From contig OX337238.1 of assembly GCA_946965045.2 (NCBI GenBank), forward strand, positions 310,001 through 374,000: a stretch of DNA of 64,000 nt, in the 5' to 3' direction. Both the position numbers and the translations under genes were made by a program. This DNA is from Epithemia pelagica. Taxonomy: Eukaryota > Protista > Bacillariophyta. The notes beneath the pieces were generated by a model, which worked only from the letters and a program-made list of their open reading frames with translations, was not told the origin of the DNA and did no database searches. Positions 23,246 to 31,848 of this stretch are shown here, one piece after another; position 1 is the stretch's first letter; every line of letters begins with the position of its first letter.

Positions 23246-24632
23246 ATGACACTGCAAGAACAAGCACACAAGTCGGGGCTTGTCCTTTTGGACGAGAAAT
23301 GGAACGAAACGGACGGGATTCCTCCTCTTTTGGGTGGATGGCGTTGGAAACATGCGTCGGTCGTACTCCATCCTTCCGACTACCACCACCACCACCACCA
23401 CAAGAAGGGAGGACCAGAAAGGGTCCTTGTCGTCGTGGGAGGAATTGTACGAGGTCGACGCAATTCCGTTCTTGTTTTGAAGTATGGGACGGAACCACAC
23501 CACCACCACAAGCCTCAGTGGCGAGAAGGACCACCCATGAACAAGAGACGGTTCTCACCTTGCGCGGTGGTGTGCAACGGAGGAGTCTACGTCATGGGAG
23601 GAAACAGTGGCGGTACTTCTTCCACGTGCAATACGTTCGATTGTATAGAACGGATGGATGCGAATGATTTGGTGCAATCATCCAGCGACAGCTCCAACAA
23701 GAAGAAATGGACGTTATTGAATTGTCGATTGTCGACGCCACGATTTGGATGTGGTGCGGTGGCGATGCACAATCGATACATTGTGGTCATGGGTGGATAC
23801 AACGACAGGGGTGGATACATCAACAGGGTCTCGCAGAGAAAAGACGCTTATTTGTCGTCCGTTGAAATTATTGATACCAGTAACTGTCACTGCGGGGCCA
23901 AATATGAATGTTCCTCGATCAAACTGTGCCAGTGCGATCGTCGGTCGCCATCGCATCTTTGTGGTTGGAGGCAGAACCTACCACGGCCACTTTGACTCTG
24001 TCGAATATTGGGACTTTCCAAAGCCTTATTGTGACAATCACGAGACAATACAGGAGGAGACTTTTTCTACAGTCCTTGCCTCCTCGCCCGTGTGGATGAC
24101 CTTCTCCGACTTGGTGCAACCAGTCGAACGAACTCTGTTGTCAGTGGTAGCCGTGGGATCCTGTCTGGTCGTGGCGGGAGGGAGAGACGCACGATCCGTG
24201 CAAGTCTTGGATACCTACCGCAACTGTGTTTGGAATCTCCCTTTTTTTCCAAAAGACCGCAAAGGCTGCACGATAGTGACGGTTGGCTCTCAAATTGTCG
24301 TGGTGGGTGGCATTGGGAATGAATCGTGTACCACTCTACCAGTAATGGACAAGAATACGTGGTGCTTTTGGCGACTCTCGGAGCCGCAAACGAACGTATG
24401 GTATCGTTGTCGTCGTCATTGTGAACAAAAGAATGGTTTCCAAAATGCCCATGGAACAGTAGCTCGGAAACGGGCAAGGACCAATAGTCCTGGGCGTGGT
24501 GGTGAGAAAGGTACGGATACCAGTGGTGTACACGACGTGGCGCCATGTCCAACAACAGAGACACGACAGAATGGTCCTGTTGCACCCAAACGACGAACAG
24601 CAGGTGTCTTGTGGTCGGTCTGGAATATTTAA
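23246..24632 (+). pseudogene. Frameshifted Kelch-repeat gene
   Basis: ORF 23246-23995 carries the first Kelch repeats up to EIIDTS. The continuation (TVTAGPNMNVPR...RIFVVGG...CLVVAGG...QIVVVGG) is in another frame from about 23883. Confidence 0.7.
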
Positions 24633-25034
24633 CCAATGGAGACTCTGCAAATCCTATTGTAGGAGAAGTAACCAAGCGTAATTTCAACTAAAGAGACATA
24701 CTGTTGCGACACGCTTTACCCGAGGTCTTGCCACCAGGAGGCTTGGATATAAGAAAGGGCCAAAGACAATACGAGACAAGCAAGGATCAGCCGACAACTT
24801 GAAGCATGCCTTGAAGTAATCACCAACCCCTCTAGGCAAAAGACCAGGCGATTGCAAGTCAATGGCAAAAGCTAGCGGTTGAAATGAAGCAAAACCCACC
24901 ACGCCTCGAAAACCATACATGGAACGATACTAGAGGTAATTTCACAACAGCACATCCTGTCTTGTATTGCGCTTTCTATAGGCTTCCTTTTCTACAACAA
25001 AAATGGGGGGAAAGATCTCTTGTCGTGTCAAATT

Positions 25035-26197
25035 CTATTTCGATGGTGCCGCAATCATTTTTTCATCAATCATTTGTTGAAACATGTCGGGAAAGGTTTC
25101 GTTCATGGGTCGATAGTCCATTCCCAAATCTGTTTTGCTTTTGGAATTGTCCAAGGTGGGAATGTAATCAATTCCTCGCCACGCTTGCGTTCGGGACAAT
25201 CCAATGTAGGGCGCCAAGAGCCAGACCAATAATTTGGGAGGCGACGAGGTTGGCAAGTCAAACTCGGGAAACTTGGCCGTCAAGGTGGAGCTAAAGTCAA
25301 AAATACTCGTGTTGTGACCACAGCAAATGTACCGGCCTTGCGCTGTTTCGGTAAACGCGGCCGCGACATGGGCCTGGGCCACATCTCGCACATCCACCAC
25401 AAAGCACCCCATTTTGGGGGCACCACTCTTGAACGCACCATCCCCCAAGAGTTTCATGAATTTGTAACTTTCCGAAGTGGGATGCGTTTTGAGACCGGGT
25501 CCAAACACCCAGGCTGGATTCACTACCACCAGTTGGTACGACGATTGGGCCTTGGCAATTTTCCACGCTTCTTGTTCGGCCAAGACTTTGGAATAGGCGT
25601 AGGGATTGTGAGTGCGGGAGGCCGTGGTATTCCACGTTTCTTCCGTGACGGTTTGATTGGGAACGTCATAACAATCGGCCGCATCCGAGGCCATGGCATA
25701 ACAGGAGGAGGTCAACACGACGCGTTTCACCGACGGAGTTTGTTCCGCACTCTTGAGCACATTTCGGGTACCGTCTAGCGCTGGAGTGAAAAGGACTTCA
25801 TCAATCTTTTCGGGGGGAACATTTCCCACGAGGGGAGACGCGGTATGAAAGACGACCGAACACCCCTTCATGGCCTCGCTATAGGAACCGTCCTGGAGCA
25901 AGTCGGCCTGGAAGAATTTAATGGTTCCCTTGGATTTCTCGGCCACGTCGACCAGATGTTGAATCTTTTCGGCATTGCTGGGATCACGAACGGCACAATG
26001 AACCGTCAAACCAGCATCCAACAGTTCCTTTACAATCACACCGGCCACATAGCCTTTAATAATAAGCGAGGTGAATGTGAGGCACAGAGGAACGAAAATA
26101 CCGAATACTCCTAAACAATCTCCCTTGATCCTCATCACCAAGACAACTTACCGGTTGCGCCATTGACCATTACGGGGGAGGACGTATCAATCTTCAT
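25035..26197 (-). CDS. NAD-dependent epimerase/dehydratase (DFR / cinnamoyl-CoA-reductase-like); intron 26054-26151
   Basis: Exon 1 MKIDTSSPVMVNGATG|YVAGVIV gives the GxxGxxA Rossmann motif; VFHTASP, RVVLTSS, YAYSK (YxxxK), VNPAWVFGP. Confidence 0.9.
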
Positions 26198-26603
26198 TTT
26201 CTTTGTACTGTTGTTGGTTGTGTTGCGTTTTGTTTTTCTCGGTGTGTTCGTCGAATGGATGAATCTAAACGAAAGATACATCGAAGACGAAAAAGATTTC
26301 TCTCGGAAGATTCGAGACGCGAGACGCGAGAACAGCTGTCCGCGCATGTCGAGTCCCGATGCTCCACGAAGCTCCGAGAACACACCTGTACCCACAGTTT
26401 GCTCGATAGCAATCCATGGGGCAATAATAATCCATCCAACTTTCAGTATTGTGCCTGTCGCACGCTCAAGTTCGAAGTCGTTCTCGTTCCGGATGAGGAA
26501 TGAGAACACCCCGTTCCTCGTGTCTTTTGGCTCACAAAAACAAACAAACAAACAAACAAACAAACGAACAAACAAACGAAAGACACGCAACACAAACACA
26601 TCA

Positions 26604-27317
26604 ATGTCAAGTGAACCACCAACCGAAACCACACTTCTCACCACCAACTCCACTACTAGTGGTGGTCAAGACTTTCGACATGTCAAGACCAAGTCGTTGT
26701 TTCGCCGAGTTCTTTTTGTGGGGGAGTCCATGGCAATTCTAGCGCTTTACTGCATGCTGCTGTGGCACCATGTGGAGCAGCCCTTGTTGCAACTTCGCAC
26801 CATTTTGCTTCTCGTGTTTGGCCTCGTCTATTTGATTCGACTCGTTTTCATGGCGCTCTACCTCTTGCCCCGGGAAATTTCGGCCGAGGAGTTGGGCTTT
26901 GTCATGGTGTTCTGGGTTCCTGGAATTCTAACGTCCCTTGCCGTGCTGTCCCAACCGTCTCCGATCCACATCCCTACGGCCGTAGTGTCAATATTCCTCT
27001 ACATTGCAGGAAGTTGTTTGAACACGGGTTCGGAACTCCAACGCAAACTGTGGAAACACACACATCCGGGCCAATGCTACACCGAGGGTCTCTTTTCCTA
27101 CTCGCGCAACATGAATTACTTTGGAAATGTCGTATTGTTTGCCGGATGGGCCCTGGCCACCTCCAATACGTGGAATGCCTGGGTACCGTTGACCATGGCT
27201 GCCATGTTTTATTGGTTTCACATTCCCACCAAGGAACGCTACCTCGCGGAACGCTACGGCGAGGCCTGGAAAATGTACGCGCAAACGACCCAATCATTCG
27301 TTCCCTTTGTGTGCTAA
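26604..27317 (+). CDS. DUF1295 / steroid 5-alpha-reductase C-terminal-like membrane protein
   Basis: Multiple TM helices; ELQRKLWK..HPGQCYTEGLFSYSRNMNYFG; KERYLAERYGEAWKMY. The ORF-track extension to 26163 overlaps the divergent neighbour. Confidence 0.8.
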   Translation: MSSEPPTETTLLTTNSTTSGGQDFRHVKTKSLFRRVLFVGESMAILALYCMLLWHHVEQPLLQLRTILLLVFGLVYLIRLVFMALYLLPREISAEELGFVMVFWVPGILTSLAVLSQPSPIHIPTAVVSIFLYIAGSCLNTGSELQRKLWKHTHPGQCYTEGLFSYSRNMNYFGNVVLFAGWALATSNTWNAWVPLTMAAMFYWFHIPTKERYLAERYGEAWKMYAQTTQSFVPFVC

Positions 27318-27920
27318 CTAGTAGGAACCAACAAGCAGCACCAAGACCACCGCAACAACCACCAGAAGGGACTTTTGCAGTGGGATGAACTCGAAGAATC
27401 GTGTCACGGATGATCCATACCACGGACTGTTTGGAGGTGTCCATAATTCAGGCCATTGGATTCGGCCGTACACTACAAACACAAATCTTGTTTGTTGGGG
27501 TGACGGAACCAACTCCCAAACTTTTTGCCGACATTGTGGACTCGTAGATTGGTGGAGGTTTGCACTGTGGTGTCCATCGGATTGGATTTGGCCGTACGAC
27601 GAAAAAACGAATCTTGTGGGACGTTTCTGCGGACCGCGAACCTTTTTGGACCAAACTTGTGTAGACAGACTCATCCTCCCCTGGATTGCATGGAAACACT
27701 TGAGAATTGGTGCGTGTTACACATAATATTATAGAGAGATCATGGCATAGCGAAAATGACGGGAGTTTTTCTGTGAAACATTTATAAGCGATACAAGAGC
27801 GACTCCTGACATCTCTCATCGTTTTGTGACGTTTGATGACTTTCTCGACGTCGAATACATGCCAACAAAATAGAACAGCAACAACGAATGTATAGGTATG
27901 TACACAAAAGAGAGAGAGAG

Positions 27921-27998
27921 ATGATGATGGGATACCGACCATGGCGAACGTTGGTGTGGATTCTGTGTGGTTTCGGATACCATTTTCGTTGGTGGGGG
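27921..27998 (+). pseudogene. Probable severed 5' end (signal peptide) of the SulP gene
   Basis: MMMGYRPWRTLVWILCGFGYHFRWWG ends on a codon boundary exactly at the element edge and joins in frame to 34101. Confidence 0.5.
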
Positions 27999-28115
27999 TG
28001 GCTAACACCAACTCTGTTGCGTGCTACCTCCGTCCGTCCATTGCACAAGAAGAAGGAGATGTATGCTGGGCGAAATGAAACTATGAGCCCAAACCTTGCT
28101 ACCTCTCCTAAGGCC
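27999..28115 (-). repeat. Split direct repeat B2 (117 bp)
   Basis: Identical to 28271-28387. Confidence 0.95.
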
Positions 28116-28133
28116 AGGGCGGGTAGAGGCGGG

Positions 28134-28270
28134 TATTAGCTATTCTATCGAACGGTCTCTCGCGACGGCAAGAAAGAATGAGACTCGGCTCAAGGAAGAA
28201 AGAAGATTGTGTGACACTGCGTGCGCGCAAGCCTGTGCTCCGTCCGTCTGTTGTCCGCACACAACAACAA
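28134..28270 (-). repeat. Split direct repeat A2 (137 bp)
   Basis: Identical to 33964-34100. Confidence 0.95.
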
Positions 28271-28387
28271 TGGCTAACACCAACTCTGTTGCGTGCTACC
28301 TCCGTCCGTCCATTGCACAAGAAGAAGGAGATGTATGCTGGGCGAAATGAAACTATGAGCCCAAACCTTGCTACCTCTCCTAAGGCC
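28271..28387 (-). repeat. Split direct repeat B1 (117 bp)
   Basis: Identical to 27999-28115; abuts A2 with no gap. Confidence 0.95.
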
Positions 28388-28492
28388 CATGTTGGTGGGC
28401 CAACGAAGACGTGGAGGGACGGGAAACATCGGAGGTGTGGGTGTTGATGATGTAGTTGATGAAGGAATTGGTGGCGCGACGGTGACGGAGGG

Positions 28493-29911
28493 CTAGAGAG
28501 AGTGTTGTTGTGTGTCAAGGGGGACGCTGTCGAGAAGCGCGTCCACTGACGCAGGAGTGGTGGCACCGGGGGCGAGTGTGAAGGCCCCATGCTCGACCAT
28601 GGTGGCAGCGAGGCGTCGGATGATAGGGAGTGTTTGCGCGTGAAGATACCGAAACATGGCGTCGGAACGCCAACGACCGACGAGTTTGATATGGTCGGAG
28701 TCGACGCGGCCGCAGAGAAGCGCCATGGCCCCGCCGGAACGGAGGCTCCGAGCTTGGAGGCGGGGTGGGCTGATGCCCGAGATGGGGTGGGCGGTGGCGG
28801 TGGTACGGAGAAGTTTGGTGATCATCGTGGACGAGATGGGGAAGGTCAAACCGGCGTGTCGTGAAGGAGCAGTGCAGATGGGCTGGTCGGGTGAGATGTT
28901 GTGTTGTCGCATATTGAGCACAATACGGGCCAAGGCACGGGTCGGACATGCGATGGCATGGCCGCTGAGGCCATGGGCAATGACTTCGCCTCGTTGCCGA
29001 TTTTTTTGCGTGTCGAACGTGATGGCAGAGGAGGTAGCCCGAAAGAGGTCGTCAGTTGGGCAGGAAAAGATGTTGAGTCGTTGGTTGTTGATGGATAGGG
29101 TGATGTTGGCGCCGCACAGGGGAGAGTTGTCGGCAGTGTGGCAGTATTCGCCGGGGCGTAGCAGGTAGAAGAATGCTGTCCAAATGAGGTCCATGAGGAG
29201 GTTGTTTGATGGATCGAGGGTGTTGTCGGTGACTGTTTGGGCGTTGTGTAGGAGCTGGATCGGTGCTGGTGGTACTCGGTCGGGGGGCGGATCGATGTTA
29301 CGCATCCCCTTTATTTGATTGGCGAGCCGTTGGTCGATGATGCCAAAGGCGTTTAGGCGAGGGTCCTGGGTCCCCAATGCGACAAACGTTTTGGCAACTG
29401 CCAGGATGTCGTCAGCAACGGTGTCAGCTTTGACCGGTTGGCCGCTACGGCTGCAGCGGCCGTCGCGGACACGAGTGGCGAAAACTTGGAGGATGGGGAC
29501 TTTGTCCGGTAGTGAGGAAAGGAGAGGGTCGAGGTGGAGTGAGCGACAGAACGGTTGCCATGTCGATGTCCAAATGCGATCTTGGGCGGAGGCACGGCTG
29601 GCGGAAATGGACTGACGGGCCGTTGCTTGAGCAGTGCGGAGATCACGTAAGAAATCGCTTCGTTTGTCGGGTGGTGAAGCTACCAAGGTTCGTTCTGTGG
29701 GTAGGTGCGGTTGAAATGGGAGAGCAAGGCAGTGTGAGAATACGTAACAAAACGTGACGCATCGTCCGCGAGGTGGTTTTGGTCCCCAGGTAGATACGTG
29801 ACAATATGCTGGTAGCGATGACGGCGTTGGTGGAGACTGTTGAGTCGTAAGAGGTAGGCGGCCGGACCAGTTGTGGTGACGCTGCCGCGATGGTTCCAAG
29901 CGACTGCGCAT
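28493..29911 (-). CDS. Tyrosine recombinase of the retroelement
   Basis: FFYLLRPGEY (Arg), FDTQKN (Lys), ARSLRSGGA (HxxR position), VGRWRSDAMFRYL (Trp, catalytic Tyr). Overlaps the 3' end of the RT/RH frame. Confidence 0.9.
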   Translation of the reverse strand: MRSRLEPSRQRHHNWSGRLPLTTQQSPPTPSSLPAYCHVSTWGPKPPRGRCVTFCYVFSHCLALPFQPHLPTERTLVASPPDKRSDFLRDLRTAQATARQSISASRASAQDRIWTSTWQPFCRSLHLDPLLSSLPDKVPILQVFATRVRDGRCSRSGQPVKADTVADDILAVAKTFVALGTQDPRLNAFGIIDQRLANQIKGMRNIDPPPDRVPPAPIQLLHNAQTVTDNTLDPSNNLLMDLIWTAFFYLLRPGEYCHTADNSPLCGANITLSINNQRLNIFSCPTDDLFRATSSAITFDTQKNRQRGEVIAHGLSGHAIACPTRALARIVLNMRQHNISPDQPICTAPSRHAGLTFPISSTMITKLLRTTATAHPISGISPPRLQARSLRSGGAMALLCGRVDSDHIKLVGRWRSDAMFRYLHAQTLPIIRRLAATMVEHGAFTLAPGATTPASVDALLDSVPLDTQQHSL

Positions 29912-31848
29912 GTGTTGTCGGAGCCAGTGGCGAGGGTGGTTTCACGTATGTCGCAGGTGGTGGCCAGGGTATCGGCGTGGAGGATGGATGCCGCCATCTC
30001 CAAGTCGTTGATGGTGATGTGTCCGTGTGGGTTCGTTGGGGTCTGGAGATGGGGGAGAAGGGCAGCGGGGATGGGGACTTGCCAGACAATGGGCGGATGT
30101 GGTGGATGGCGCGCGGAGGGACATGTCGGGGGAAGCCAGACACCGCCCATGCCGACAAGGCTAGCGTCGCAGGTGCCAACATAGGCAGGGTTTTGTTGCA
30201 CGACTTCGGCAATGCGTGTTGGTCGTGCAGCGAGATCAGAGGCAAGGACGCGAATGTCGGATAATTGGTCAAGGACGGGTTGGTTAAGGTGGACAATGCC
30301 GGTGTCATGTGCATCGGCGAGGGCGACTTGCAGTTGGGAGAAAAGGCCACGGCCGCCGGGGATTCCAAGGACCATGCTACGCATTTGGCCGAGTAGTCGT
30401 TGCCAGTCGCGAATGGGAACGGACGTGGAGGTCAACATGGAGTCGATGGTGTCCAGGAGTGTTTGGCGGCGATGGGCAGGCAAGGACAAGGTTTTTTGGA
30501 CGGTGTCAATGATCCAGCCAAGGACAGTTTTGCGAGTGGACCAGCAGGCATCGCCTTTTCGCAGTTTTTTGGTAGAAATGGGTTCGCGGCGATTGGCATC
30601 GGTGGGGTGGTCGTCGTTGGGTCGGAAGACGAGATCGTTGCAATGGAGGAGGGTCCTGCGGAGGCGATTGAGGCGAGGTCGCGAGCCTTGCGCTGCGAGC
30701 ACTTCGTCATCCAAATATACGTCGGTGTAGGCCAATGGGCCGGGATTGTGTTTGACAAAGATGGATGAGGGTTGGTTCCGAGGGACCAAGTCAAGGAGAC
30801 TTTGGTTGGAAAGACGCGGGGCAGGGTGCTGGGCCTGTGGTGGGATGGGAAGAGTAATTACAGGGTGTGTGGCGTCGTCCGGCGGGGGTGCAGTGCTGGC
30901 CAAACCTTCCAGGGGGTGGGGAGGGGGGTCCCAGGCGACGGTGGTCATGAGCTGGTTGGCCAAGTCGGCGACGGTCTCCGTAAATGAGGTGAATTGGGCA
31001 GGGCTTTCGGTCCAGCCCATGGGGAGGGTCAATGGGAAGGCAATGAGGTCGTCGGCGGAGGGAGTAGGAGGAGGAAGGATGACACCGAGGCGAGGGACGT
31101 GGGCGGGGCACAAGGGGACACGATAAAAGCCATCGGACAGGTCAATCTTAAGAAGGTAGACGGGGCCGTAGCGTGGTTTGGCAGCGTAGATTTTTTGTAA
31201 AAGCCGTTTTAAGGTGCCGCCGAATTGCATTGCCTCGCTGTGCGACCGGCGGTCGGTGGTAGCGTTAACACCGCTGTAGGTGTAGTCCACGATGATGCGT
31301 GGACGCCGTTCGCGTTGCGGAACGCAGCCGATGGGTGAGATGCGTAGGTTGGGGAGGTGGCGCACTGAGTTGTAGGGGAGTACCACCCAGTAGCCTCGGG
31401 CCACCATGTCGGCCATATCTGAGTAGATGAAATCTTGGAACTCGTATGCACTTTTGTGGCAACCACGTTGTTTGGCCATGTGGCGGAGAGAGGGGGACCA
31501 TTCGTGGTCGGTGGAGAGAATCGGGACGCCGGCGCGTCGGAATTCGGCCAAGAGTGCAGCAGCTCGATGCGGCACTTGGGAAATGAGGGGGGCGATGCAC
31601 GACCGGCCTCGGACTTGATGTACGAAATCTACCCAGGGAAGAGACGAGAGTAAGGCGGAATGTTTTTCTACTAACTTACCAAGGTCGCTGCAATAGGTGT
31701 CCGGGGCGGGGCTCGTGACTATGTCGTTGTGTGAGATCGGAGAATGGGAAGGTAACGAATGGGCGACGGGAGAGGGGTAAGTAGTAGGTGGCCTGGAGAT
31801 GGTGAGTCGGGCGCGCTTGTGTGCATGACTTGCATCTTGGCCACACCC
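29680..31848 (-). CDS. Reverse transcriptase - RNase H of the retroelement (frame open from the gag stop)
   Basis: RPRIIVDY, LKIDLSDGFYRV, LPMGWTESP, YLDD, TCDAS, INDLEMAA, SDNTCAVAW, NHLADDASR. By manual translation the frame has no stop from 31848 to 29683. Confidence 0.92.
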   Translation of the reverse strand, partial: GCGQDASHAHKRARLTISRPPTTYPSPVAHSLPSHSPISHNDIVTSPAPDTYCSDLGKLVEKHSALLSSLPWVDFVHQVRGRSCIAPLISQVPHRAAALLAEFRRAGVPILSTDHEWSPSLRHMAKQRGCHKSAYEFQDFIYSDMADMVARGYWVVLPYNSVRHLPNLRISPIGCVPQRERRPRIIVDYTYSGVNATTDRRSHSEAMQFGGTLKRLLQKIYAAKPRYGPVYLLKIDLSDGFYRVPLCPAHVPRLGVILPPPTPSADDLIAFPLTLPMGWTESPAQFTSFTETVADLANQLMTTVAWDPPPHPLEGLASTAPPPDDATHPVITLPIPPQAQHPAPRLSNQSLLDLVPRNQPSSIFVKHNPGPLAYTDVYLDDEVLAAQGSRPRLNRLRRTLLHCNDLVFRPNDDHPTDANRREPISTKKLRKGDACWSTRKTVLGWIIDTVQKTLSLPAHRRQTLLDTIDSMLTSTSVPIRDWQRLLGQMRSMVLGIPGGRGLFSQLQVALADAHDTGIVHLNQPVLDQLSDIRVLASDLAARPTRIAEVVQQNPAYVGTCDASLVGMGGVWLPPTCPSARHPPHPPIVWQVPIPAALLPHLQTPTNPHGHITINDLEMAASILHADTLATTCDIRETTLATGSDNTCAVAWNHRGSVTTTGPAAYLLRLNSLHQRRHRYQHIVTYLPGDQNHLADDASRFVTYSHTALLSHFNRTYPQNEPW

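Noticed and set aside
26163-26603. N-terminal extension of the DUF1295 ORF
   Set aside because: It starts at a non-ATG codon overlapping exon 1 of the divergent reductase gene and crosses an (AAAC)n tract.
31629-31679. Apparent 51-nt GTAAGT...TAG intron between gag and RT on the minus strand
   Set aside because: The segment is stop-free, in frame and encodes plausible conserved RT N-terminal sequence (LGKLVEKH...W). Splicing it would not remove the gag stop at 31849.
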